Positions 18,681-28,491 of a stretch of 64,000 nucleotides of DNA are shown in pieces. Position numbers and translations under genes: made by a program. Within the stretch, counting starts at the first letter, position 1. Each line of letters opens with the position of its first letter. The stretch comes from an uncultured Anaerolineae bacterium (GTDB taxonomy: Bacteria > Chloroflexota > Anaerolineae > Aggregatilineales > UBA3940): NCBI GenBank assembly GCA_964603985.1, contig CAZRXG010000008.1, forward strand, positions 10,531 to 74,530, read 5' to 3'. The notes under the pieces were generated by a model. It did no database searches. It saw only the letters and a program-made list of their open reading frames with translations, and had not been told where the DNA came from.

Positions 18681-20132
18681 ATGGCAGAAAAGGGCGTCAC
18701 CCCGCAGAGCGAGGATTTTTCGCGTTGGTACACCGACGTGGTGCAGAAGACCGATCTGGCCGACTACGCACCGGTGCGCGGCTGCATGATCATCAAGCCG
18801 TATGGCTACGAATTGTGGGAGAACGTTAAGGCGGGGCTGGATAAGCGCTTCAAGGCGACCGGCCACAAGAACGCCTATTTCCCGCTGTTCATCCCGATGA
18901 GCTTTTTGCAGCGCGAGGCCGAGCACGTCGAGGGCTTCGCGCCGGAGCTGGCGGTCGTCACACACGGCGGTGGCAAGGAGCTTGAGGAGCCGCTGGTCGT
19001 GCGGCCCACCTCGGAGACGGTGATCGGGCACGCCTTCTCGCAGTGGATTCAGTCGCACCGCGACCTGCCGCTGCTGATCAACCAGTGGGCCAACGTGGTG
19101 CGCTGGGAGCTGCGGACGCGGCTGTTTTTGCGCACGCTCGAATTCCTGTGGCAGGAGGGCCACACCGCCCACGCGACTTACGAAGAGGCGCAGGAAGAAA
19201 CGATGCGTATGCTCGACGTGTACGCCGACTTCGCGATCAACGAGGCGGCGATCCCGGTCGTCAAGGGGCGCAAGAGTGACAGCGAGAAGTTCGCCGGGGC
19301 GGAGGCGTCATACGCCATTGAGGCGATGGTGCGCAACCGGTGGGCGCTCCAGGCGGGCACGTCGCACAACCTGGGACAGAACTTCGCGAAGGCGTTCGAC
19401 ATCAAGTATCTGGACGAGGGCAACGAGCTTCAGTACTGCTGGACGACCTCGTGGGGCCTGAGCACGCGCATGGTCGGGGCGATCATCATGGCGCACGGCG
19501 ACGATCAGGGCCTGCGCCTGCCGCCCAGACTGGCACCGATCCAGGTGGTGGTGATCCCGATTTACAAGAACGATGAGCAGAAGCGGGTGGTGATGGACAG
19601 CGTGGCGCGGCTGGCCGACAGCCTGCTGAGTGTGGGGATGCGCGTCCACGTGGACGACCGTGAGGGCGTGACGCCGGGCTTCAAGTACAACGACTGGGAG
19701 ATGCGCGGCGTGCCGGTGCGGCTGGAGGTCGGGCCGAGGGACGTGGAGAGCGGTAAGGCGGTGCTGGCGCGGCGGGACGTGCCCGGCAAAGACGGCAAGC
19801 GGAGCGTGGAGCAGGCCAGGATCATCCCGGAGGTGACGCGGACGCTGAACGACGTGCAGAAGAACCTGCTGCAACAGGCGACCGAGTTCCGTGACGCCCA
19901 CATGCACGAGGCCAACAGCTACGACGAGCTGAAGGAGATCGTCGAGGATGGGTGGGCGCTGATCTGGCACTGTGGGACGGCGGAGTGCGAGGGCAAGATC
20001 CAGGAGGAGACCAAAGCCACGTCGCGCTGCTTCCCGCTGGATGCCAACAAAAAGGAACCGGCCAAGGGAAAGAAGTGCGCGGTGTGCGGCCAACCGGCAC
20101 AGGGGAAGGCGTACTTCGCGCGGGCGTATTAG
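18681..20132 (+). CDS. proS: Prolyl-tRNA synthetase, archaeal/eukaryote-like type
   Basis: 483 aa. The N-terminus FSRWYTDVVQKTDLADY...GCMIIKPYGYELWE and the C-terminal Zn-binding-like tail are typical of the short ProRS form. Confidence 0.93.
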   Translation: MAEKGVTPQSEDFSRWYTDVVQKTDLADYAPVRGCMIIKPYGYELWENVKAGLDKRFKATGHKNAYFPLFIPMSFLQREAEHVEGFAPELAVVTHGGGKELEEPLVVRPTSETVIGHAFSQWIQSHRDLPLLINQWANVVRWELRTRLFLRTLEFLWQEGHTAHATYEEAQEETMRMLDVYADFAINEAAIPVVKGRKSDSEKFAGAEASYAIEAMVRNRWALQAGTSHNLGQNFAKAFDIKYLDEGNELQYCWTTSWGLSTRMVGAIIMAHGDDQGLRLPPRLAPIQVVVIPIYKNDEQKRVVMDSVARLADSLLSVGMRVHVDDREGVTPGFKYNDWEMRGVPVRLEVGPRDVESGKAVLARRDVPGKDGKRSVEQARIIPEVTRTLNDVQKNLLQQATEFRDAHMHEANSYDELKEIVEDGWALIWHCGTAECEGKIQEETKATSRCFPLDANKKEPAKGKKCAVCGQPAQGKAYFARAY

Positions 20133-20291
20133 CCGGGTGAGGGCGACGAATCGAGCAGCCGACCGGGGCGCATTGTGGCAGCACAGTCGATCCCGGTCTT
20201 TGATCTGTGTATACTCATAGGCATAGACAGGCCGGTCAGATCGGGCCGTTTGGGCGCGGGATGGTATCCCGTCGCCGGTTGAGCATGAGCC

Positions 20292-21344
20292 ATGCCCACG
20301 CTGTACAACTGGTTTGAGCGCGAATACGAGCGCCTGGAAACAGAAGGCAAAGGGGAGCTGGTTAAGCAATTCGATGCCTTCAGGCGTGCGTTCCTGGATT
20401 ACGAGTACCAGGCCGCGCTGGATGCGATCCCGGTGCTGCACGAACTGACGGACGCATTTGGCGAGCCGGGGATGCGCCTGGCGACCGACTACTATCGCAT
20501 GGCGGCGGAGACATACTGGCTGGGCAACCTGGCGCGCGGGCTGGACATCGCGACCCAATCGACCGTCCGGGCGCGGTCGGTGTTGTGCGCGGGGGAGGTG
20601 CTTGAACTGTACCTGCGCATCGACCTGCTGTTTGCGTGGCTGGACACCGACGGCCCCGGCTACGCCGCCGAGGTGCTGGCGGCCTTTAACGAGATGCCGG
20701 GCTACCTGCCCAGGGATCTAGCCGTGCGCTTCAAGATTCTTTATGCCTACGACCTGATGCATGGCGGCGCGACCGAGGAAGCGCTGGCGATGATCTTCGC
20801 CATCCTGTCCGAGCTGGGCGAGGATTGGCCGCGCCCGTTTCACCACTTCATGCGCGCCGACGCGCTGGCCCGCGTTGGGCGGCTGGAGGAGGCGCTGGCC
20901 GACTACCGGACCGCGATGCAGGGCTTCAACCGTATGGGTCACACAATTGAAGGCGTGGCGATGCAGATCAACGCGGGGAGCACGCTGGTCGAGATGGGGT
21001 GCGTCGAGGAGGGGTTGGAGGCCCTGGAGGCGGCGTACTCGGCGGCCGGGCGCTCGCTGAACCGTGCCCACGTCGGGATGGCGCAGGGCGCAATCGGGCG
21101 GGCGCTGACTCAGCTTGAGTGCTATGCGGAGGCCGTCGAGTGGTTCACGGGCGCGTTGAACACATTGGATGGATTGGGATGGCTGCGGCTGGAAGCGGAA
21201 CTGGCGTTGGAGCGGCTGAGGGTCGCCCGGCAGTGGGGTGGGACGGCGGAGCGGTGGGCATGGGAGAGCGACGCCTGGCGGCGCGTTGGCTACCTGCGCT
21301 CGACCGACCTGCGGGACGAGCTGGCGGGGATCGACAGTGAGTAG
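20292..21344 (+). CDS. Hypothetical helical-repeat (TPR-like) protein
   Basis: 350 aa, Ala/Leu-rich with helical repeats. The C-terminus (GWLRLEAELALERL...YLRSTDLRDELAG) is shared with the next gene. Confidence 0.7.
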   Translation: MPTLYNWFEREYERLETEGKGELVKQFDAFRRAFLDYEYQAALDAIPVLHELTDAFGEPGMRLATDYYRMAAETYWLGNLARGLDIATQSTVRARSVLCAGEVLELYLRIDLLFAWLDTDGPGYAAEVLAAFNEMPGYLPRDLAVRFKILYAYDLMHGGATEEALAMIFAILSELGEDWPRPFHHFMRADALARVGRLEEALADYRTAMQGFNRMGHTIEGVAMQINAGSTLVEMGCVEEGLEALEAAYSAAGRSLNRAHVGMAQGAIGRALTQLECYAEAVEWFTGALNTLDGLGWLRLEAELALERLRVARQWGGTAERWAWESDAWRRVGYLRSTDLRDELAGIDSE

Positions 21345-22398
21345 CCTGGGCCGGTGGCTGGAAACCCAGCGCTGTCAACTGCCGCTGCCCGTGTGGCTGG
21401 ATCTCAGCCTGGGTGTGGCACGCCTCGATGGGCTGGTGAAGCGCGAAGAATTTTCCGCAGCCGAGCTGCAACTGTCCGGCCTGTACAGCCTGATCCGCAA
21501 GCACGACCTCCAGGAGTGGCAGGTTTTCGTGCAGTTGATGGAGGGGTCGCTGGTGCTGGCCGCAACCAGCAACCTGAACCGGGTGATGGACATCGGCATG
21601 CGGGCGCTATCGACCGCCGAGCGAGTCACCGGCACACACAGCCACGCGCTTCGGCTGGGCGCTCGCCTGCTGGTGACGCGCTGCTGGTTGAAGATCGACG
21701 AGGTGGGCTACGCGCGGGAGGCGCTGGCCGTCGGGGAGGACACGCTAACCGGCAACGACCTGGGCGAGTGGGAGTTCTGGTTCCTGGCTTCCAACGCGTG
21801 GGCACTGTGGGCACTGGGACGGCAGGAGGAGGCCAACGCGGTGCTGGCGTCCATGCTGGTCAAACGACCGGTCTGGACGAACAAAGCCGACGAATTTGAG
21901 GGGCGGGCCTACATCGCCTACCGGATGCGGCGGCAGGCCGAGGCGGCGGGGTATTACAAGCAGGCGGCGGCGTACTTTGAGGCGGATGGGCTGCTCTACA
22001 GCGCGACGCGTTGCAGGCTCAACCGGGCGCTGTGCCTGCTGGAGGTCGGCGAGCATGAGGCGTCGCTGGGGCTGTTGGAGGAGACGCTGCCCCGCACGCA
22101 CCACCTGAGCAACCCACACTACCGGGGATTGGGTCACTGCTTCCGGGGGCGCAACGCGCTCGCGCTTCACGATTACGAGCGCGCGGTCGAGGATCTGAAC
22201 CAGGCGTTGACGCTTTACAAGGGGCGCGGATGGCTGCGCGACGAGGCCCAGATGTCCATCGAGCGGCTGGAGGCGATGCGGGCGCTGGGCGGCCACTCTG
22301 ATTGGGAGGAAGCTGCCGGGTGCGCGCGCCAGTGTGTGTCGCGGTTACGCTCGACGGATCTGCAGCCGCGTCTGGCGGAGGCGCTGAGGGGGCACTGA
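21337..22398 (+). CDS. Hypothetical helical-repeat (TPR-like) protein, paralog of 20292-21344
   Basis: The start GTG 21337 overlaps the upstream stop codon by 8 nt. The C-terminus (GWLRDEAQMSIERL...RLRSTDLQPRLAEAL) parallels the upstream gene. The N-terminal extension from 21238 in the ORF track is Arg/Gly-rich and was rejected. Confidence 0.65.
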   Translation: MSSLGRWLETQRCQLPLPVWLDLSLGVARLDGLVKREEFSAAELQLSGLYSLIRKHDLQEWQVFVQLMEGSLVLAATSNLNRVMDIGMRALSTAERVTGTHSHALRLGARLLVTRCWLKIDEVGYAREALAVGEDTLTGNDLGEWEFWFLASNAWALWALGRQEEANAVLASMLVKRPVWTNKADEFEGRAYIAYRMRRQAEAAGYYKQAAAYFEADGLLYSATRCRLNRALCLLEVGEHEASLGLLEETLPRTHHLSNPHYRGLGHCFRGRNALALHDYERAVEDLNQALTLYKGRGWLRDEAQMSIERLEAMRALGGHSDWEEAAGCARQCVSRLRSTDLQPRLAEALRGH

Positions 22399-22444
22399 GC
22401 GCGGCCTCAAGGAGCTTCGAGGTGCCCGGCCAGGCCAATAGAGG

Positions 22445-23017
22445 CTATTTTTTCTCCTTACCGGCAGTCTTGGGCATGCCTTGGATGTGCACCATCAGTA
22501 TCATGTTGCCCAGGCCCAGCAGGACTTCGTCCTTGAGGGCCATCGCCACACCGACCCCGGAGCGCACCCCATCGACGGTGGTGCCGTTGGTGCTGCCCTG
22601 GTCGATCACGAACAGGTTGGTCGGAGTGGGACGCAGCATGGCGTGCTCGCGTGAGACGCCCAGCTTTTGCGCTTCGCAGGCTTCGAGGTCGATGATGATG
22701 CGGCCCGGCCGGCTGTGGCCGCGCCCCAGGATGACATCGCCGTACAGGTCAATCCCCATCAACATGCGTCGGTCTTCGACGTAGAATTCCAGCATCAGAC
22801 GCCAGGGTTCCTTGATCAGCAGTTCGTCGTCTTCTTCTGGCTCGTATGGCAGCGGGCGATAGGTGACATCCTCCGACCGGGCGTGGAAGCCGAAGGGTGT
22901 GTAATGTGCCATGAAGCGGTCGAAGACCGTCTCCATCAACTCGTTGGCGTCAAGTGGGACGACGTAGGTTTCTTCCCGGTCTGTTGGCTCGTGGCTCTTA
23001 GATGGCTCGTCGCTCAT
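22445..23017 (-). CDS. FHA-domain protein
   Basis: C-terminal FHA pattern (ILGRG...VSREHAML...VIDQGSTNGTTVDG). Confidence 0.8.
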   Translation of the reverse strand: MSDEPSKSHEPTDREETYVVPLDANELMETVFDRFMAHYTPFGFHARSEDVTYRPLPYEPEEDDELLIKEPWRLMLEFYVEDRRMLMGIDLYGDVILGRGHSRPGRIIIDLEACEAQKLGVSREHAMLRPTPTNLFVIDQGSTNGTTVDGVRSGVGVAMALKDEVLLGLGNMILMVHIQGMPKTAGKEKK

Positions 23018-23189
23018 AGGAATCGGCGCAAGGAGCCGCCCTGCCGGGCGGAGGAGTGCGCCCTCTCTCCTTTCTGTGGCTATTCCGTCCGTCTCTCTAA
23101 ATCACGTAATCTTTCAAGCCGACAGGGTCGTCACATGCAGTATATCCGGGTATGGGCTTTTCGCAAATCGGGCGGGGGGAAGCTTCAGC

Positions 23190-23208
23190 CCACGGATGGC
23201 ACGGATTT
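23190..23208. repeat. 9-nt tandem motif CCACGGATGG|CACGGATTT
   Basis: It shares the 17-nt string CCACGGATGGCACGGAT exactly with 30564-30580. Confidence 0.8.
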
Positions 23209-23272
23209 CGGGGGTGGATGGCTGTTTTACGGTGCGGCGCGGTAGGATGCAATTGCGGGGAGGGAAAAGCTA

Positions 23273-23301
23273 TTGACAGTCTGGGGGAACTTTGCTACAC
23301 T
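23273..23301 (+). promoter_or_regulatory. Sigma70-type promoter of the trpS leader (TTGACA-17-TACACT)
   Basis: TTGACA lies at 23273-23278 and TACACT at 23296-23301. Confidence 0.65.
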
Positions 23302-23339
23302 GTCGGACAGTAAAGAGACATACCTGAACAACGGCGAAC

Positions 23340-23642
23340 CGGAATAGTAAACACCAAAGCGACGTTCAGAGAGCCGCCGGTGGGTGTGAGTGCGGTACGG
23401 GCGCGGGTGCCGAATGGGCCGGGGAGTTGCCGGGGCGAACGACCGGAATGGTTCAGTAGCCTGGGCCGGAGACGCCACCGTTACCAGGGCGCAGGATACC
23501 ATCGTGTATTCGCTAGAGTGAAGCTGGCTTTTCCACCTTGCGCCTCACCGCAGGGTTTTTTCTTTGGCGGGGAATCCGGCTTAACAAGGGTGGCACCACG
23601 GGCAAATGGACGCTCGTCCCTTAAGGGGGACGGGCGTTTTTT
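23340..23642 (+). promoter_or_regulatory. T-box riboswitch leader (tRNA-Trp specifier UGG inferred) with terminator
   Basis: The stem I AGAGAG and GGTG elements lie at about 23368-23383. A GAA-UGG-G specifier candidate sits at 23415-23417. The T-box core AACAAGGGTGGCACCACGGG is at 23583-23602. A terminator stem at 23611-23636 is followed by TTTTTT, directly upstream of trpS. Confidence 0.8.
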
Positions 23643-23679
23643 GTGAGATGAGCGAACGCAAGGAGAATGTGCGAACCAT

Positions 23680-24735
23680 ATGAGTGCAGAGAACGGAAAG
23701 AAGAAGACCCGGATACTGACAGGCGACCGGCCCACCGGGAAGCTCCACCTGGGGCACTACGTCGGCACGCTGGCGAACCGCGCCAGGTTGCAGGACACAC
23801 ATGATCTTTTCCTGCTGATCGCCGACTACCACTCGCTGACCACCCACCCGGAGAAGGTGGACATCGAGGCGACGCGGCAGAACGCGCTTGAGGTGGTGAA
23901 GGACATCTACGCGGCGGGCGTCGATCCTGACAAGGCAACGCACTACCTGCAATCCGACGTCCCGGAGACAGCCGAGCTGACGCTGCTCTTTTCGATGCTG
24001 ACCACCGTGCCGAGGTTGCAGCGCGTGCCGACGCTCAAGGAAATGATGCAAAACCTGCACATCGAGGAGCCTTCGGCGGGTCTGCTGAACTACCCGGTGT
24101 TGCAGGCCGCCGACATCCTGATCGTCAAGGGCGCGCTGGTGCCGGTGGGCAGGGACCAGGCCAGCCACATCGAGGTGACGCGCGAGATCGCCCGGCGCTT
24201 CAACCACCGCTTCGGCGAGGTGTTCCCGGAGCCGGACGCGATGATCCCGGAGGACACGCCGACGCTGGTCGGGGTCGACGGGCAGGCCAAGATGAGCAAG
24301 AGCCTGGGCAACGCGATCCTGCTCTCCGATGACCCGGACACGGTGCACGAGAAGGTGATGAACATGTACACCGACCCCAAGCGCATCCACGCCACCGATC
24401 CGGGCACGGTTGAGGGCAACCCGCTGTTCATCTACCACGACCTGTTCAACCCGGATCGGGAGCAGGTGGAGGAGTTCAAGGAGCGTTATCGCACGGGCAA
24501 GATCGGCGACGTGGAGTGCAAGAAGGTGCTCTCCGAGAAGCTCAATGCCTTCCTCGACCCGATCCGCGAGCGGCGGCGCTTCCTCGAAGAGCGGCCCGAC
24601 GACGTGATCGACATCCTGCGGAAGGGCGTGGCGCGGGCGCGGCCCATCGCCCAGGAGACGCTCGCCCAGGCGCGCGAGGCGATGGGGCTGGTCAGCCCGC
24701 TGGGCGAGCGGGTGATCGATCTGTATCGCTCGTAG
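23680..24735 (+). CDS. trpS: Tryptophanyl-tRNA synthetase
   Basis: 351 aa with the class I signatures GKLHLGHY (HIGH) and KMSKS. Confidence 0.95.
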   Translation: MSAENGKKKTRILTGDRPTGKLHLGHYVGTLANRARLQDTHDLFLLIADYHSLTTHPEKVDIEATRQNALEVVKDIYAAGVDPDKATHYLQSDVPETAELTLLFSMLTTVPRLQRVPTLKEMMQNLHIEEPSAGLLNYPVLQAADILIVKGALVPVGRDQASHIEVTREIARRFNHRFGEVFPEPDAMIPEDTPTLVGVDGQAKMSKSLGNAILLSDDPDTVHEKVMNMYTDPKRIHATDPGTVEGNPLFIYHDLFNPDREQVEEFKERYRTGKIGDVECKKVLSEKLNAFLDPIRERRRFLEERPDDVIDILRKGVARARPIAQETLAQAREAMGLVSPLGERVIDLYRS

Positions 24736-24942
24736 AACGAAGGACAGGCAGGGGATGAGCCTGCCCCCGACGTGATGAGGAGGTGCACACAGAACACAGG
24801 ATGAAGCGGCCAACCCGTTTGTGAACCGGCCCCGGCGGAGCGAAGTCCGGCCCCGGCCCGGTCGATCAGGGCGATGCGCAGGTCCTAATCGACAAGAGGG
24901 GACCTGGACGATTATTCTGAACTTCGTTGAGGAGGCATCACA

Positions 24943-26325
24943 ATGGGTGACAACGATAAGACCCGGAAGTACGTCCTGCCGGAGAGCGAGATTCCGGAGG
25001 TGTACTACAATATCGCGGCCGACCTGCCTGAGCCGGTGCCCCCGGTGCTGCATCCGGGCACGGGGCAGCCCGTCGGGCCGGACGATCTGGCGCCGCTGTT
25101 TCCAATGGCGCTGATCGGTCAGGAAGTCAGCACCGAGCGCGAGATCGAGATCCCGGAGCCGGTGCGCGATGTGTATCGCTTCTACCGGCCCAGCCCGCTG
25201 ATCCGGGCGCGCGGTCTGGAGAAGGCGCTCGACACACCGGCCAAGATCTACTACAAGTACGAAGGCGTCAGCCCGCCAGGCTCGCACAAGCCGAACACGG
25301 CCATCGCGCAGGCTTTCTATTCCAAGGAAGAGGGCGTCGCCAAGCTGACGACCGAGACCGGCGCGGGGCAGTGGGGATCGGCGCTGTCGATGGCGTGCGC
25401 GTTCTTTGGGCTTGAGTGCAAGGTCTTCATGGTGCGCGTGAGCTACGACCAGAAGCCGTATCGCCGCGCGCTGATGGAAGCCTACGGTGCGACGGTCCTT
25501 CCCAGTCCCAGTGAGGAGACCGAGTCGGGGCGCGCCATCCTGGCCGAAAATCCCGACTCGCTGGGGTCGTTGGGCATCGCCATCTCGGAGGCGGTGGAGA
25601 TCGCGGCTCACAACGACGACACCAAGTACAGCCTGGGCAGCGTGCTGAACCACGTGCTGCTGCACCAGACGGTGGTCGGGCAGGAGGCACTCAAGCAGCT
25701 TGAGATGGCGGGCGACTATCCCGACATCGCGATCGGCTGCACGGGCGGCGGCTCGAACTTCGCCGGGCTGGTCCTCCCATTCATCGGGCGCAAGCTGCGC
25801 GGCGGGGAGGATTTGCGCGTCGTGGCGGTCGAACCGGCGGCCTGCCCCAGCATGACCAAGGGGCCGTACGCCTACGACTTTGGCGATACCGCCAAGCTGA
25901 CGCCGCTGGTCAGGATGCACACGCTGGGCCACAAGTTCGTCCCGCCGGGCATCCATGCGGGTGGGCTGCGCTATCACGGCATGGCCCCTCTGGTCAGCCA
26001 CCTGCTGCGGCTGGGCCTGATCGAGGCCATCGCGCCGCATCAGCTTGAGACGTTCGCTGCCGGGATCGAGTTCGCGCGCTCCGAGGGCATCATCCCCGCG
26101 CCGGAGGCGAATCACGCCATCGCGGGTGTGATTCGGGAGGCGCAGCGCTGCAAGGAAGAGGGCGTGAGCCGCACCATCCTGTTCAACCTGTCCGGGCACG
26201 GCCACTTCGACATGCAGGCATACATCGACTACAACGCCGGGAAGCTGCGCGATTACGAGTATCCTGAAGAGGAGATCGCCATGGCGTTGGCCGGGCTTCC
26301 CGTCATTGAAGCGTTGTCTTCTTGA
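24943..26325 (+). CDS. trpB: TrpB2-type tryptophan synthase beta-like PLP enzyme
   Basis: 460 aa. It has the long N-terminal extension and the motifs [18 protein letters not shown] and [11 protein letters not shown] that are characteristic of the TrpB2 subfamily. An SD GAGGAGG precedes it. Confidence 0.88.
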   Translation: MGDNDKTRKYVLPESEIPEVYYNIAADLPEPVPPVLHPGTGQPVGPDDLAPLFPMALIGQEVSTEREIEIPEPVRDVYRFYRPSPLIRARGLEKALDTPAKIYYKYEGVSPPGSHKPNTAIAQAFYSKEEGVAKLTTETGAGQWGSALSMACAFFGLECKVFMVRVSYDQKPYRRALMEAYGATVLPSPSEETESGRAILAENPDSLGSLGIAISEAVEIAAHNDDTKYSLGSVLNHVLLHQTVVGQEALKQLEMAGDYPDIAIGCTGGGSNFAGLVLPFIGRKLRGGEDLRVVAVEPAACPSMTKGPYAYDFGDTAKLTPLVRMHTLGHKFVPPGIHAGGLRYHGMAPLVSHLLRLGLIEAIAPHQLETFAAGIEFARSEGIIPAPEANHAIAGVIREAQRCKEEGVSRTILFNLSGHGHFDMQAYIDYNAGKLRDYEYPEEEIAMALAGLPVIEALSS

Positions 26326-26479
26326 AGAAGGACTCTCTTTTTCTTCCTCTCTGACCCCCGCCCAACCCCCTGACCGGCCCTGGGGTAGGGTGGGGGTCGC
26401 CGGTTCCGGGCGGTGAGACGGCTCGTTCTCCTGGCCTGCCGGGGTGGTTTTTGGGCTGTGATTGGGCGGGCCATCGCAA

Positions 26480-26509
26480 TTGACAACTCATTTACAGGTG
26501 CGTTAGAAT
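26480..26509 (+). promoter_or_regulatory. Sigma70-type promoter upstream of rpsA (TTGACA-17/18-TAGAAT)
   Basis: TTGACA lies at 26480-26485 and TTAGAAT at 26503-26509. A structured leader of about 130-160 nt follows. Confidence 0.6.
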
Positions 26510-26636
26510 ATCGCCTGTCCGCGGCGAGACGAGGCTGTCCATGTGTCAACCTGACCTCAAGGTGGCCGATGTAAATTGCACGGAGGCAAGATGTTGTTGA
26601 CCCCGTCGGCAGGACGGGGCATCTCCGAATGCTGCT

Positions 26637-27866
26637 GTGGGAGCACAGCCGGGAGCATATCCTTTAGCCATGAATCAGACCCCATTATCCTCTGACGACT
26701 CGCAAGTCGATTTTGCCACGCTGTTAGAACAATCCTTTGAGGCTCAAGACGAACTTGAAACCATCGAGCGCGGTGATCTGGTCACCGGGACGATAGTCGC
26801 AATCGACGGTCAGGGCCTGATCCTGGATGTCGGTTTGAAGCGCGACGGCGTCGTCCCGCGTAGTGATCTGGACGCCCTGAGTGACGACTGTGACTACCAG
26901 GTCGGGCAGGAGATCACGGTCATGGTCATCAGGACGGAGGATCAGGACGGCAGCCTGCTTGTCTCCATCCAGCAGGCCTATGCCAGCCAGGACTGGGATG
27001 CAGCCCGCGCGCTGATGGAGAAGGATGAACTGTATAGTGGCGAAGTCGTGGCCGCCAATCGGGGCGGCCTGATTGTACCTTATGGCCAACTGCGCGGCTT
27101 TGTCCCGGCCTCGCACGTGGTTGGTCTGCCGCGCGGCCTGGACAGCCAGGCGCGCATAGACCACCTCTCCGGGTACATCGGGCAGCAGCTTGACCTGAAG
27201 ATCATCGAGGTCAACCCGCGCCGCCGCCGTCTGGTGTTATCGCAGCGTGAGGCGCAGCGCCAGGCGCGCGAGCAGGCCAAGCAGCATTTGCTGGAGAACC
27301 TGAGCGAGGGCGACGTGGTCAAGGGACGCGTCAGCAGCCTGCGTGACTTTGGGGCGTTTGTTGACCTGGGCGGCGCGGACGGGCTGGTGCACATCTCGGA
27401 GCTATCGTGGAGCCGCATCCGTCATCCCAGCGAGGTTCTGAGCGTCGGTATGGAGGTCGAGACGTACATTCTGCAACTCGATCACGAAAGGATGCGCATT
27501 GGCCTCAGTCTGAAGCGCCTACAGCCCAACCCCTGGCAGGAGATCGCGGAGACGTACAGCGTTGGGCAGGTGGTTGATGGGACCGTGTCTCGTGTGGTAT
27601 CATTTGGGGCGTTCGTAGAGTTGGAAAACGGTATTGAGGCGCTGCTTCATATCTCGCAGATGGGTGATCCCCCTCCGCAAACGCCGGAGGAGGCCGTCGG
27701 GCCGGGTGAGCACGTCACCACGCGGATCATCAGTCTGGAGCCGGATAGGCAGCGTATCGGTTTGAGCCTTAAAGGCTTCTCGGCGCAGGAGATGGCGGTG
27801 GACGGTCCGGCGGACCCGGACGCGGATGCCGCCGACGAGCCGCTGGCAGAAATAGATACGGTATAA
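26637..27866 (+). CDS. rpsA: 30S ribosomal protein S1 (four S1 domains)
   Basis: Repeated S1 motifs are present (G.V....G..V.LG...G..H.SE). The start is either GTG 26637 or ATG 26670. Confidence 0.9.
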   Translation: MGAQPGAYPLAMNQTPLSSDDSQVDFATLLEQSFEAQDELETIERGDLVTGTIVAIDGQGLILDVGLKRDGVVPRSDLDALSDDCDYQVGQEITVMVIRTEDQDGSLLVSIQQAYASQDWDAARALMEKDELYSGEVVAANRGGLIVPYGQLRGFVPASHVVGLPRGLDSQARIDHLSGYIGQQLDLKIIEVNPRRRRLVLSQREAQRQAREQAKQHLLENLSEGDVVKGRVSSLRDFGAFVDLGGADGLVHISELSWSRIRHPSEVLSVGMEVETYILQLDHERMRIGLSLKRLQPNPWQEIAETYSVGQVVDGTVSRVVSFGAFVELENGIEALLHISQMGDPPPQTPEEAVGPGEHVTTRIISLEPDRQRIGLSLKGFSAQEMAVDGPADPDADAADEPLAEIDTV

Positions 27867-27887
27867 CACGGTGATGTAGGCAAGGAG

Positions 27888-28097
27888 GTGATGGTATTGA
27901 GCGTGACGCTCCAACCCGGTGAGTCGCAGGAGCAGTTGCTCAGGCGCTTCCGTAAGCAGGTAGCCAAGAGCGGCATTTTGAGCACTGTTCGCCGCAAGCG
28001 CTGGCACGTCAGCAAGAGCGAACTGCGCCGGATTCAGAGGAAGAAGGCTATCCGTCGAGCCCGTCGTCGCGTAGCCAAGTCCGGTCGGGGTGGCTGA
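27888..28097 (+). CDS. rpsU: 30S ribosomal protein S21
   Basis: About 66-69 aa and basic. The sequence ESQEQLLRRFRKQVAKSGIL...RKRWHVSKSELRR matches the S21 pattern. An SD AAGGAGG precedes it. The exact start is uncertain (27888, 27897 or 27903). Confidence 0.85.
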   Translation: MMVLSVTLQPGESQEQLLRRFRKQVAKSGILSTVRRKRWHVSKSELRRIQRKKAIRRARRRVAKSGRGG

Positions 28098-28140
28098 TCA
28101 GGATTGATTGTTTGCTGATAGATTTTGGTTAAAGGGTTAC

Positions 28141-28398
28141 ATGGGTTCCAGAGATAAGATCGAGGTCGAAGGGACGGTCGTCGAGGCACTGCCTGGCACG
28201 CAGTTCCGCGTACAGCTTGACGATGGTCACGAGGTGCTGGCCTATCTCTCCGGCAAGATGCGCAAGTATTACATCCGCATTCTGCTGGGGGATCGCGTGC
28301 GCGTCGAGATAACGCCCTACGACCTGACCAGAGGCCGCATTACGTACCGCTATAAAAAACACCAGACCCGTCCAGGATCTGACTCGGCAAACGGCTAG
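28141..28398 (+). CDS. infA: Translation initiation factor IF-1 with a short C-terminal extension
   Basis: The IF-1 core is [67 protein letters not shown], with about 13 extra residues at the C-terminus. Confidence 0.92.
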   Translation: MGSRDKIEVEGTVVEALPGTQFRVQLDDGHEVLAYLSGKMRKYYIRILLGDRVRVEITPYDLTRGRITYRYKKHQTRPGSDSANG

Positions 28399-28443
28399 CG
28401 GCAGAGCGGTCAGCCTTTGTAGAGAAAGGCGATCAGGATGGCG

Positions 28444-28469
28444 AAACTGGCATCGTGATGCCAGTTTTT
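28444..28469 (+). terminator. Rho-independent terminator after infA
   Basis: The stem AAACTGGCAT-CGTG-ATGCCAGTTT is followed by TT. Confidence 0.75.
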
Positions 28470-28491
28470 GATTCCACGTCGCGGGTAACGT

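Noticed and set aside
24736-24942. A second T-box or attenuator between trpS and trpB2
   Set aside because: Two hairpins are present (about 24742-24770 and about 24878-24905). There is no T-box core, no specifier architecture and no U-tract, so I treated the region as an intercistronic spacer.
23581-26205. An 874-aa minus-strand ORF, the longest in the track after the acyl-CoA fusion
   Set aside because: It lies antisense to two well-supported genes (trpS and trpB2). Its composition is Arg/His/Pro/Gln/Leu-rich low complexity with no motif. This is a typical high-GC shadow ORF.
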